Below the pieces are notes generated by a model that saw only the letters and a list, made by a program, of their open reading frames with translations, did no database searches and was not told the origin of the DNA. DNA of 64,000 nt from contig OZ024740.1 of assembly GCA_964016885.1 (NCBI GenBank), positions 325,624,001-325,688,000 of the forward strand. Reading direction: 5' to 3'. Both the position numbers and the translations under genes were made by a program. Shown here in pieces: positions 11,371 to 24,589 of this stretch. This stretch comes from Eledone cirrhosa (lineage: Eukaryota). Each line of letters opens with the position of its first letter. Within the stretch, counting starts at the first letter, position 1.

Positions 11371-11483
11371 GTCAGGATGGCCGAGCGGTCTAAGGCGCCA
11401 GACTCAAGGTGTAGTACCTTAACCAGAACATTGAGTATTCTGGTCCACTAATGTGGGCGTGGGTTCGAATCCCACTTCTGACA
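11371..11483 (+). tRNA. tRNA-Leu-CAA: tRNA-Leu(CAA), intron-containing, intact
   Basis: GTCAGGATGGCCGAGCGGTCTAAGGCGCCAGACTCAAG-[29-nt intron]-TTCTGGTCCACTAATGTGGGCGTGGGTTCGAATCCCACTTCTGACA, then an oligo-T terminator. Confidence 0.95.
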
Positions 11484-12806
11484 ATCTTTTATTTTATGTA
11501 ATTCTTATATATTTCTCAACATATTTTACCTCTTAAATATTTACGTATCTTGTTTATATATTTATGAGAGTGAAGTTCAGTCTTACTATAAAATGTTATG
11601 TACAAAAACATGTGATAACTCTTCTATATATAATAACTAGTTTATAAATGAACATATATACATTGGGTATGTGACAGCTAGTGTATATTGCAGTCAATTG
11701 TATATTAGGCTATTATACACACATAAGTAATTGATGTTCATATAGCATATATATGTATGTACATATATGTAGAGGATGTGGTGCTCTAACATACAAAACA
11801 CCTGTATAAGTGTACCAGTTGTATTTTAAACTGTTATACACGCAGGACATGTGGTGGTTGTTATATATACAACAGTCAAATATATATATTACACTGTTAT
11901 ACACAGGACATGTGGTGGTTGTTATATATACAACAGCCGAATATATATATTACACTGCTATACACACAGGTCATGTGGTTGTATTGATGTCATTGAAAAA
12001 GTAAAACTATAAGTTGAATTAGTAAAACACACTTCTAAAACTACTATATCGCTTTTGCTAAATATTTTATTCACACAGGAATGAGTGTTTCTAGGAATGA
12101 GTGTTTCTTTGTGTGTGCGTGGGTGTGTGTGTGTTTGTGTGTGTATGTTGTTGTTGTTTCTCTTGCAATTATTAGTTTTAAGACATGCGTGTCTTCAGTA
12201 TTAGGTATTTAAAACATCTTGCCGATCAGCAGAAACATTCCAAGATACATGGGACATCACATTATGTCTTATCCACATACCGACGGGCATTTTCAGAATG
12301 ATTTATTAGTTGAGAAAATACTTATAATTAATTATGGTTGATAATTATTTAAAAAATATGAAAGTAAATTATTGTTATTGGTTGAAATAATTAGTTGATT
12401 TATATGACTAAAACTAAGACCGAGTCTTTCAATGAATCTAATGGGAGTGAGTTTTAACTAAGACACCCAAACATTTTATTGAATCTAACACCGAGATTAT
12501 GAATTGGTCTAATGCTGGTCAGTTTTAACTAAGACAAAGAAGGCTAAGAAACCTCAGGCTGAAAACCAAGACGTTTTATGACACCTAATACAAGTCAGTC
12601 CCTACTATGACGAAGACGTCGTAACACACCCAATACTGGTCAGTCATTTCTAAGACCAAGACGTCGTAAGAAACAGGCTGAATGTGTAAAACTAGAATTT
12701 AATTTATATCTATTCTACACCATACAGTATATTGTCAGTTTTACACACTGTCTGTAGTTGATTTTTATGTTCATAACTCTTCAAAATATATCGTTGTGCA
12801 TCAGTT

Positions 12807-12919
12807 GTCAGGATGGCCGAGCGGTCTAAGGCGCCAGACTCAAGGTCTAATACCTTGACCAGAACATTGAGTATTCTGGTCCACTAATGTGGGCGTGGGT
12901 TCGAATCCCACTTCTGACA
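12807..12919 (+). tRNA. tRNA-Leu-CAA: tRNA-Leu(CAA), intron-containing, intact
   Basis: Consensus exons; intron variant gtctaataccttgacc. Confidence 0.95.
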
Positions 12920-14023
12920 ATCTTTTATTTTATGTAATTCTTATATATTTCTCAACATATTTTACCTCTTAAATATTTACGTATCTTGTTTATATATTTA
13001 TCAGAGTGATGTTCAGTCTTACTATAAAATGTTATGTACAAAAACATGTGATAACTCTTTTATATATAATAACTAGTTTATAAATGAACATATATACATT
13101 GGGTATGTCACAGCTTGTGTATATTGCAGTCAATTGTATATTAAACTATTATACACGCAAGACATGTAATTGATGTTCATATAGCATATATATGTATGTA
13201 CATATATGTAGAGGATGTGGTGCTCTAATATACAAAACACCTGTATAAGAGTACCAGTAGTACTTTAAACTGTTATACACACAGGACAGGTGGTGGTTGT
13301 TATATATACAACAGTCAAATGTATATATTACACTGCTATACACACATGACATGTGGTTGTAATGATGTCATTGAAAAAGTAAAACAATAAGTTAAATTAG
13401 TAAAACACACTTCTAAAACTACTATATCGCTTTTGCTAAATATTTTATTCACACGGGGAATGAGTGTTTCTTTGTGCGTGAGTGTGGGGGGGGGGGTCTT
13501 TTTTAATTATTTGTTTTAAGATATCTTTGTCTTCAGTATTAGGTATTTAAGACATCTTGCCCATCAGCAGAAAAAAAACATTCCAAGATACATGCGACAT
13601 CACATTATGTCTTCTCCACATACCGACAGGTATTTTGTCTATAATAATTCAGAATGATTTATTAGTTAGAGAAAATATTTATAATTAATTTTGGTTGATA
13701 ATGATTTCAGAAATATGAAAGTAAATTATTGTTTTTGGTTGAAATAATTAGTTGATTCATATGACTAAAACTAAGACCGAGTCTTTGAATTGGTCTAATG
13801 CTGGTGAATTTTAACTAAGACACCGAAGGCTGAACAACAAGACATATTATGGCACCCAATGCTGGCTAGTCTTTACTAAGACTATACGTTGTAAGATACT
13901 AGGCTCAATGTGTATAACTAGAATTTAATTTATATGTATACTACATCATACAGTATATTGTCAATTTGACACACTGATATTTATGTTCACAAGTCTATAA
14001 AATAATTCGTTTATATATCAGTT

Positions 14024-14109
14024 GTCAGGATGGCCGAGCGGTCTAAGTCGCAAGACACAAGGTGTAATACCTTAATCAGAACATTGAGTATTCTGGTCCA
14101 CTTCTGACA
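14024..14109 (+). pseudogene. tRNA-Leu pseudogene class B (27-bp deletion of variable and T arms)
   Basis: Deletion between two CCACT pentamers removes the B box. Confidence 0.9.
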
Positions 14110-14932
14110 AACTTTTTGTTATGTAATTCTTATATATTTCTCAACATATTTTACTTCTTAAATATATACGTATCTTGTTTATATATTTATCAGAGAGATG
14201 TTCAGTCTTACTATAAAATGTTATGTACAAAAATATGTGATAACTCTTGTATAAATAACTAGTTTTATAAATGAACATATATACATTGGGTATGTGACAT
14301 CTAGTGTATAGTGCAGCCAATTGTATATTAGGCTATTATACACACATGACATGTAATTGATGTTCATTTACCATATATATATATATATACATATACGTAG
14401 AGGATGTGGTACTCTAATATACAAAGCATTTGTAGTAGCTGGTGTATATAAGAGTACCAGTTGTATTTTCAACTGTGGTTGTTGGACATGTGGTGTTTGG
14501 TGTTTATAAAACAGCCGAATGTATATATTACACTACTATACACACCGATCATGTGGTTGTTGGTGTATATTATAACCAGCTATTTATAGTTATAAATTAT
14601 ATTAATATAAATCAATTAGTTATGTCAACCAATTACAATACATTTTAATCATTATCAACGAAAATTAATTATTAATGTGTTCTCTTATTAATAAATCATT
14701 CTAAATTAACATGCACAACATACCTGTTGATACGTGGATAAGACATAATCTGATGTCCCATGTACGTTGTAATGTTTTTACTAAGACAAAGACCTCGTAA
14801 GACTCAAGGTGTAAACCAATAATATAATTTATATGTATTCTACACCAAACAGTATATTATCAACTTTTACACATTGCCAGTAGTTCACGCCGATATCTAT
14901 AAGTTTGTGAAAAATTTTATTGTAAACCAGTT

Positions 14933-15044
14933 GTCAAGATGGCCGAGCGATCTAACCGCCAGATGCAACGTGTAACACCGTCACCAGAACATTGAGTATT
15001 CTGGTCCACTAATGTGGGCGTAGGTTCGAAATCCCACTTCTGAG
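14933..15044 (+). pseudogene. tRNA-Leu pseudogene class C
   Basis: gtcaagatggccgagcgatctaaccgccagatgcaacg; many 5'-half changes and an extra A in the T loop. Confidence 0.88.
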
Positions 15045-15227
15045 TTGTTGTTTTTTTTTGGGGGGGGGGGGGGTATCTTTCATTATTTGTTTCTGCTTTT
15101 CTATCATATATTTAAGGCAATCGATTTCGCAGCCATTAAAGCGTTGGATATTTCTTCAATGTTTCTGTCGTCTCATGCCAGTAGTTGATGTTCATAAGAC
15201 TTTCAAATATTCCGTTGCACGTCAATC

Positions 15228-15337
15228 GTCAGGATGGTCGAGCGGTCTAAGGCGCCGGCCTCAAGGTTTAACACCTTAACCAGAACATTGAGTGTTGTTG
15301 TCCACTAAATTGGACGTTGGTTCGAATCCCACTTCTG
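15228..15337 (+). pseudogene. tRNA-Leu pseudogene class D
   Basis: Broken anticodon and acceptor stems; A and B boxes retained; ends directly in T5. Confidence 0.88.
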
Positions 15338-16302
15338 TTTTTATTGTGTTTTTGTTTTTTTTGTATTATACTTATATTTTACCTCTCAAATATATACTTT
15401 ACTTGTTAATATATTTATCAGCGTGACATTCAGTCTAAGTTTAAAATATTATATACAAAAACACGTGGTGCCTGTTGTATATATAACAACTGCTTTTATA
15501 TATTAAAATATTATATACACAAAAGATATGGTGGTTGGTTTATAGTGCAGCCTATTGTATATTAAGCCATTATACACTCATGACATTTTTCTTTTGTTTT
15601 TTTTTTTGTATTATTCTTATATTTTGCCTCTCAAATATATACTTTTCTCGTTAATTTATTAATCAGCGTGAAATTCAGTCTTAGTTTAATATTATATTGA
15701 AAGATATGTGATAACTGTTGTATATATAATAGCTAGTTATAGATCTTAAAATATTATATACACAGAAGATACTAGCCATACTAAACTTATATATACAGAA
15801 TAACCAGCTAACGTTCATTTGTATTGTATTGATCTTACTAAGTAGACTGATCGTTGTCTACTTACAACTGTAGAATGTTCCTGATGTCTTAAGTGTTAAT
15901 TTTTTTAAAGACATTAAGTTTAATAAATAAACGCTTTTTTTAAAACGACTATATAGCTTTACCCAAACATTTTATTGAAACTAAGACCGAGATTTTGAAT
16001 TAGTCTAATGCTGGTCAGTTTTAACTAAGAAAAAGAAGACTAAGAAACCTCAGGCTGAGAACCAAGACATTTTATGACATCTAATACAAGTCAGTCCTTA
16101 CTATGACGAAGACGTCGTAACACACCCAATACTGGTCAGTCATTTCTAAGACCAAAACATCGTAAGAAACAGGCTCAATGTGTAAAACTAGAATTTAATT
16201 TATATCTATTCTACACCATACAGTATATTGTCAGTTTTACACACTGTCAGTAGTTGATTTTTATGTTCATAACTCTTCAAAATATAACGTTATGCATCTG
16301 TT

Positions 16303-16415
16303 GTCAGGATGGCCGAGCGGTCTAAGGCGCCAGACTCAAGGTGTAATACCTTAACCAGAACATTGAGTATTCTGGTCCACTAATGTGGGCGTGGGTTCGA
16401 ATCCCACTTCTGACA
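16303..16415 (+). tRNA. tRNA-Leu-CAA: tRNA-Leu(CAA), intron-containing, intact
   Basis: Consensus exons and intron; TTTT terminator. Confidence 0.95.
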
Positions 16416-17751
16416 ATCTTTTATTTTATGTAATTCTTATATATTTCTCAACATATTTTACCTCTTAAATATTTACGTATCTTGTTTATATATTTATGAG
16501 AGTGAAGTTCATTCTTACTATAAAATGTTATGTACAAAAACATGTGATAACTCTTCTATATATAATAACTAGTTTATAAATGAACATATATACATTGGGT
16601 ATGTCACAGCTAGTGTATATTGCAGTCAATTGTATATTAGGCTATTATACACACATAAGTAATTGATGTTCATATAGCATATATATGTATGTACATATAT
16701 GTAGAGGATGTGGTGCTCTAATATACAAAACACCTGTATAAGTGTACCAGTTGTATTTTAAACTGTTATACACGCAGGACATGTGGTGGTTGTTATATAT
16801 ACAACAGTCAAATATATATATTACACTGTTATACACAGGACATGTGGTGGTTGTTATATATACAACAGCCGAATATATATATTACACTGCTATACACACA
16901 GGTCATGTGGTTGTATTGATGTCATTGAAAAAGTAAAACTATAAGTTGAATTAGTAAAACACACTTCTAAAACTACTATATCGCTTTTGCTAAATATTTT
17001 ATTCACACAGGAATGAGTGTTTCTAGGAATGAGTGTTTCTTTGTGTGTGCGTGGGTGTGTGTGTGTTTGTGTGTGTATGTTGTTGTTGTTTCTCTTGCAA
17101 TTATTAGTTTTAAGACATGCGTGTCTTCAGTATTAGGTATTTAAAACATCTTGCCGATCAGCAGAAACATTCCAAGATACATGGGACATCACATTATGTC
17201 TTATCCACATACCGACGGGTATTTTGTCTATAATAATTCAGAATGATTTATTAGTTGAGAAAATACTTATAATTAATTATGGTTGATAATTATTTAAAAA
17301 ATATGAAAGTAAATTATTGTTATTGGTTGAAATAATTAGTTGATTTATATGACTAAAACTAAGACCGAGTCTTTCAATGAATCTAATGGGAGTGAGTTTT
17401 AATCAAGACACCCAAACATTTTATTGAATCTAACACCGAGATTATGAATTGGTCTAATGATGGTCAGTTTTAACTAAGACAAAGAAGGCTAAGAAACCTC
17501 AGGCTGAAAACCAAGACGTTTTATGACACCTAATACAAGTCAGTCCTTACTATGACGAAGACGTCGTAACACACCCAATACTGGTCAGTCATTTCTAAGA
17601 CCAAGACGTCGTAAGAAACAGGCTGAATGTGTAAAACTAGAATTTAATTTATATCTATTCTACACCATACAGTATATTGTCAGTTTTACACACTGTCAGT
17701 AGTTGATTTTTATGTTCATAACTCTTCAAAATATATCGTTATGCATCCGTT

Positions 17752-17864
17752 GTCAGGATGGCCGAGCGGTCTAAGGCGCCAGACTCAAGGTGTAGTACCC
17801 TAACCAGAACATTGAGTATTCTGGTCCACTAATGTGGGCGTGGGTTCGAATCCCACTTCTGACA
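17752..17864 (+). tRNA. tRNA-Leu-CAA: tRNA-Leu(CAA), intron-containing, intact
   Basis: Consensus exons; intron variant gtgtagtaccct. Confidence 0.95.
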
Positions 17865-18974
17865 ATCTTTTATTTTATGTAATTCTTATATATTTCTCAA
17901 CATATTTTACCTCTTAAATATTTACGTATCTTGTTTATATATTTATCAGAGTGATGTTCAGTCTTACTATAAAATGTTATGTACAAAAACATGTGATAAC
18001 TCTTGTATATATAATAACTAGTTTATAAATGAACATATATACATTGGGTATGTGACAGCTAGTGTATATTGCAGTCAATTGTATATTAAACTATTATACA
18101 CGCATAACAAGTAATTGATGTTCATATAGCATATATATGTATGTACATATATGTAGAGGATGTGGTGCTCTAATATACAAAACACCTGTATAAGAGTACC
18201 AGTAGTACTTTAAACTTTTATACACACAGGACAGGTCGTGGTTGTTATATATACAACAGTCAAATGTATATATTACACTGCTATACACACATGACATGTG
18301 GTTGTAATGATGTCATTGAAAAAGTAAAACAATAAGTTAAATTAGTAAAACACACTTCTAAAACTACTATATCGCTTTTGCTAAATATTTTATTCACACG
18401 GGGAATGAGTGTTTCTTTGTGCGTGAGTGTGTGTGTGGGGGGGGGGGTCTTCTTTAATTATTTGTTTTAAGATATCTTTGTCTTCAGTATTAGGTATTTA
18501 AGACATCTTGCCCATCAGCAGAAAAAAAACATTCCAAGATACATGCGACATCACATTATGTCTTCTCCACATACCGACAGGTATTTTGTCTATAATAATT
18601 CAGAATTATTTATTAGTTAGAGAAAATATTTATAATTAATTTTGGTTGATAATGATTTCAGAAATATGAAAGTAAATTATTGTTTTTGGTTGAAATAATT
18701 AGTTGATTCATATGACTAAAACTAAGACCGAGTCTTTGAATTGGTCTAATGCTGGTGAATTTTAACTAAGACACCGAAGGCTGAACAACAAGACATATGA
18801 TGGCACCCAATGCTGGCTAGTCTTTACTAAGACTATACGTTGTAAGATACTAGGCTCAATGTGTATAACTAGAATTTAATTTGTATGTATACTACATCAT
18901 ACAGTATATTGTCAATTTGACACACTGATATTTATGTTCACAAGTCTATAAAATAATTCGTTTATATATCAGTT

Positions 18975-19060
18975 GTCAGGATGGCCGAGCGGTCTAAGTC
19001 GCAAGACACAAGGTGTAATACCTTAATCAGAACATTGAGTATTCTGGTCCACTTCTGACA
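18975..19060 (+). pseudogene. tRNA-Leu pseudogene class B
   Basis: Same CCACT-bounded deletion. Confidence 0.9.
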
Positions 19061-20165
19061 AACTTTTGTTTTATGTAATTCTTATATATTTCTCAACATA
19101 TTTTACTTCTTAAATATATACGTATCTTGTTTATATATTTATCAGAGTGATGTTCAGTCTTACTATAAAATGTTATGTACAAAAATATGTGATAACTCTT
19201 GTATAAATAACTAGTTTTATAAATGAACATATATACATTGGGTATGTGACATCTAGTGTATAGTGCAGCCAATTGTATATTAGGCTATTATACACACATG
19301 ACATGTATATATTACACTGCTATACACACAGGTCATGTGGTTGTATTGATGTCATTGAAAAAGTAAAACTATAAGTTGAATTAGTAAAACACACTTCTAA
19401 AACTACTATATCGCTTTTGCTAAATATTTTATTCACACAGGAATGAGTGTTTCTTTGTGTGTGCGTGGGTGTGTGTGTGTTTGTGTGTGTATGTTGTTGT
19501 TGTTTCTCTTGCAATTATTAGTTTTAAGACATGCGTGTCTTCAGTATTAGGTATTTAAGACATCTTGCCGATCAGCAGAAACATTCCAAGATACATGGGA
19601 CATCACATTATGTCTTATCCACATACCGACGAGTATTTTGTCTATAATAATTCAGAATGATTTATTAGTTGAGAAAATACTTATAATTAATTATGGTTGA
19701 TAATTATTTAAAAAATATGAAAGTAAATTATTGTTATTGGTTGAAATAATTAGTTGATTTATATGACTAAAACTAAGACCGAGTCTTTCAATTAATCTAA
19801 TGCGAGTGAGTTTTAATCAAGACATCCAAACATTTTATTGAATCTAACACCGAGATTATGAATTGGTCTAATGCTGGTCAGTTTTAACTAAGACAAAGAA
19901 GGCTAAGAAACCTCAGGCTGAAAACCAAGACATTTTATGACACCTAGTACAAGTCAGTCCTTACTATGACGAAGACGTCGTAACACACCCAATACTGGTC
20001 AGTCATTTCTAAGACCAAGACGTCGTAAGAAACAGGCTCAATGTGTAAAACTAGAATTTAATTTATATCTATTCTACACCATACAGTATATTGTCAGTTT
20101 TACACACTGTCAGTAGTTGATTTTTATGTTCATAACTCTTCAAAATATAACGTTATGTATCAGTT

Positions 20166-20278
20166 GTCAGGATGGCCGAGCGGTCTAAGGCGCCAGACTC
20201 AAGGTGTAGTACCTTAACCAGAACATTGAGTATTCTGGTCCACTAATGTGGGCGTGGGTTCGAATCCCACTTCTGACA
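20166..20278 (+). tRNA. tRNA-Leu-CAA: tRNA-Leu(CAA), intron-containing, intact
   Basis: Consensus exons; TTTT terminator. Confidence 0.95.
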
Positions 20279-21102
20279 ATCTTTTATTTTCTGTAATTCT
20301 TATATATTTCTCAACATATTTTACCACTTAAATATATACGTATCTTGTTTATATATTTATCAGAGTGATGTTCAGTCTTACTATAAAATGTTATGTACAA
20401 AAATATGTGATAACTCTTGTATAAATAACTAGTTTTATAAATGAACATATATACATTGGGTATGTGACATCTAGTGTATAGTGCAGCCAATTGTATATTA
20501 GGCTATTATACACACATGACATGTAATTGATGTTCATTTACCATATATATATATATATACATATACGTAGAGGATGTGGTACTCTAATATACAAAGCATT
20601 TGTAGTAGCTGGTGTATATAAGAGTACCAGTTGTATTTTCAACTGTGGTTGTTGGACATGTGGTGGTTGGTGTTTATAAAACAGCCGAATGTATATATTA
20701 CACTACTATACACACCGATCATGCGGTTGTTGGTGTATATTATAACCAGCTATTTATAGTTATAAATTATATTAATATAAATCAATTAGTTATGTCAACC
20801 AATTACAATACATTTTAATCATTATCAACGAAAATTAATTATTAATGTGTTCTCTTATTAATAAATCATTCTAAATTAACATGCACAACATACCTGTTGA
20901 TACGTGGATAAGACATAATCTGATGTCCCATGTACGTTGTAATTTTTTTACTAAGACAAAGACCTCGTAAGACTCAAGGTGTAAACCAATAATATAATTT
21001 ATATGTATTCTACACCAAACAGTATATTATCAACTTTTACACATTGCCAGTAGTTCACGCCGATCTCTATAAGTTTGTGAAAAATTTCATTGTAAACCAG
21101 TT

Positions 21103-21214
21103 GTCAAGATGGCCGAGCGATCTAACCGCCAGATGCAACGTGTAACACCGTCACCAGAACATTGAGTATTCTGGTCCACTAATGTGGGCGTAGGTTCGAA
21201 ATCCCACTACTGAG
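21103..21214 (+). pseudogene. tRNA-Leu pseudogene class C
   Basis: Class-C diagnostics. Confidence 0.88.
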
Positions 21215-21398
21215 TTGTTGTTGTTTTTTTTTTTGGGGGGGGGGTATCTTTCATTATTTGTTTCTGTTTTTCTATCATATATTTAAGGCAATCGATTTCG
21301 CAGCCATTAAAGCGTTGGATATTTCTTCAATGTTTGTGTCGTCTCATGCCAGTAGTTGATGTTCATAAGACTTTCAAATATTCCGTTGCACGTCAATC

Positions 21399-21508
21399 GT
21401 CAGGATGGTCGAGCGGTCTAAGGCGCCAGCCTCAAGGTTTAACACCTTAACCAGAACATTGAGTGTTGTTGTCCACTAAATTGGACGTTGGTTCGAATCC
21501 CACTTCTG
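21399..21508 (+). pseudogene. tRNA-Leu pseudogene class D
   Basis: Class-D diagnostics. Confidence 0.88.
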
Positions 21509-22054
21509 TTTTTATTGTGTTTTTGTTTTTTTTGTATTATACTTATATTTTACCTCTCAAATATATACTTTACTTGTTAATATATTTATCAGCGTGACAT
21601 TCAGTCTAAGTTTAAAATATTATATACAAAAACACGTGTCTTAAGTGTTAATTTTTTTAAAGACATTAAGTTTAATTAATAAACGCTTTTTTTAAAACGA
21701 CTATATAGCTTTACCCAAACATTTTATTGAAACTAAGACCGAGATTTTGAATTAGTCTAATGATGGTCAGTTTTAACTAAGAAAAAGAAGACTAAGAAAC
21801 CTCAGGCTGAAAACCAAGACATTTTATGACACCTAATACAAGTCAGTCCTTACTATGACGAAGACGTCGTAACACACCCAATACTGGTCAGTCATTTCTA
21901 AGACCAAGACGTCGTAAGAAACAGGCTGAATGTGTAAAACTAGAATTTAATTTATATCTATTCTACACCATACAGTATATTGTCAGTTTTACACACTGTC
22001 TGTAGTTGATTTTTATGTTCATAACTCTTCAAAATATAACGTTATGTTTCAGTT

Positions 22055-22167
22055 GTCAGGATGGCCGAGCGGTCTAAGGCGCCAGACTCAAGGTGTAGTA
22101 CCTTAACCAGAACATTGAGTATTCTGGTCCACTAATGTGGGCGTGGGTTCGAATCCCACTTCTGACA
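22055..22167 (+). tRNA. tRNA-Leu-CAA: tRNA-Leu(CAA), intron-containing, intact
   Basis: Consensus exons. Confidence 0.95.
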
Positions 22168-23272
22168 ATCTTTTATTTTCTGTAATTCTTATATATTTCT
22201 CAACATATTTTACCTCTTAAATATTTACGTATCTTGTTTATATATTTATGAGAGTGATGTTCAGTCTTACTATAAAATGTTATGTACAAAAACATGTGAT
22301 AACTCTTGTATATATAATAACTAGTTTATAAATGAACATATATACATTGGGTATGTGACAGCTAGTGTATATTGCAGTCAATTGTATATTAAACTTTTAT
22401 ACACGCATGACAAGTAATTGATGTTCATATAGCATATATATGTATGTACATATACGTAGAGGATGTGGTGCTCTAATATACAAAACACCTGTATAAGAGT
22501 ATCAGTTGTACTTTAAACTGTTATACACGCATGACAGGTGGTGGTTGTTATATATACAACAGTCAAATGTATATATTACACTGCTATACACACATGACAT
22601 GTGGTTGTAATGATGTCATTGAAAAAGTAAAACAATAAGTTAAATTAGTAAAACACACTTCTAAAACTACTATATCGCTTTTGCTAAATATTTTATTCAC
22701 ACAGGGAATGAGTGTTTCTTTGTGCGTGCGTGTGTGTGGGGGGGGGGGTCTCTTTTAATTATTTGTTTTAAGATATCTTTGTCTTCAGTATTAGGTATGT
22801 AAGACATCTTGCCCATCAGCAGAAAAAAAACATTCCAAGATACATGCGACATCACGTTAGGTCTTCTCCACATACCGATAGGTATTTTGTCTATAATAAT
22901 TCAGAATGATTTATTAGTTAGAGAAAATATTTATAATTAATTTTGGTTGATAATGATTTCAGAAATATGAAAGTAAATTATTGTTATTGGTTGAAATAAT
23001 TAGTTGATTCATATGACTAAAACTAAGACCGACTCTTTGAATTGGTCTAATGCTGGTGAATTTTAACTAAGACACCGAAGGCTGAACAAGACATATTATG
23101 GCACCCAATGCTGGCTAGTCTTTACTAAGACTATACGTTGTAAGATACTAGGCTCAATGTGTAAAACTAGAATTTAATTTATATGTATACTACATCATAC
23201 AGTATATTGTCAATTTGACACACTGATATTTATGTTCACAAGTCTATAAAATAATTCGTTTATATATCAGTT

Positions 23273-23358
23273 GTCAGGATGGCCGAGCGGTCTAAGGCGC
23301 AAGACAAAAGGTCTAATACCTTAACCAGAACATTGAGTATTCTGGTCCACTTCTGACA
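23273..23358 (+). pseudogene. tRNA-Leu pseudogene class B
   Basis: CCACT-bounded deletion; anticodon region gacaaaag. Confidence 0.9.
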
Positions 23359-24184
23359 AACTTTTGTTTTATGTAATTCTTATATATTTCTCAACATATT
23401 TTACCTCTTAAATATATACGTATCTTGTTTATATATTTATCAGAGTGATGTTCAGTCTTACTATAAAATGTTATGTACAAAAATATGTGATAACTCTTGT
23501 ATAAATAACTAGTTTTATAAATGAACATATATACATTGGGTATGTGACATCTAGTGTATAGTGCAGCCAATTGTATATTAGGCTATTATACACACATGAC
23601 ATGTAATTGATGTTCATTTACCATATATATATATATATATACATATACGTAGAGGATGTGGTACTCTAATATACAAAGCATTTGTAGTAGCTGGTGTATA
23701 TAAGAGTACCAGTTGTATTTTCAACTGTGGTTGTTGGACATGTGGTGGTTGGTGTTTATAAAACAGCCGAATGTATATATTACACTACTATACACACCGA
23801 TCATGTGGTTGTTGGTGTATATTATAACCAGCTATTTATAGTTATAAATTATATTAATATAAATCAATTAGTTATGTCAACCAATTACAATACATTTTAA
23901 TCATTATCAACGAAAATTAATTATTAATGTGTTCTCTTATTAATAAATCATTCTAAATTAACATGCACAACATACCTGTTGATACGTGGATAAGACATAA
24001 TCTGATGTCCCATGTACGTTGTAATGTTTTTACTAAGACAAAGACCTCGTAAGACTCAAGGTTTAAACCAATAATATAATTTATATGTATTCTACACCAA
24101 ACAGTATATTATCAACTTTTACACATTGCCAGTAGTTCACGCCGATATCTATAAGTTTGTGAAAAATTTCATTGTAAACCAGTT

Positions 24185-24296
24185 GTCAAGATGGCCGAGC
24201 GATCTAACCGCCAGATGCAACGTGTAACACCGTCACCAGAACATTGAGTATTCTGGTCCACTAATGTGGGCGTAGGTTCGAAATCCCACTTCTGAG
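24185..24296 (+). pseudogene. tRNA-Leu pseudogene class C
   Basis: Class-C diagnostics. Confidence 0.88.
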
Positions 24297-24479
24297 TTGT
24301 TGTTTTTTTTTGGGGGGGGGGGGGGTATCTTTCATTATTTGTTTCTGTTTTTCTATCATATATTTAAGGCAATCGATTTCGCAGCCATTAAAGCGTTGGA
24401 TATTTCTTCAATGTTTCTGTCGTCTCACGCCAGTAGTTGATGTTCATAAGACTTTCAAATATTCCGTTGCACGTCAATC

Positions 24480-24589
24480 GTCAGGATGGTCGAGCGGTCT
24501 AAGGCGCCAGCCTCAAGGTTTAACACCTTAACCAGAACATTGAGTGTTGTTGTCCACTAAATTGGACGTTGGTTCGAATCCCACTTCTG
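24480..24589 (+). pseudogene. tRNA-Leu pseudogene class D
   Basis: Class-D diagnostics. Confidence 0.88.

Noticed and set aside
14799-14813. agactcaaggtgtaa upstream of class C copies as an extra tRNA fragment
   Set aside because: It aligns with the ordinary flank word aggctcaatgtgtaa at the same position; two substitutions explain it.
14960-14972. Class C as an anticodon-shifted tRNA (GCA, Cys)
   Set aside because: Loop register, D arm, T loop and acceptor end are all damaged; no credible cloverleaf.
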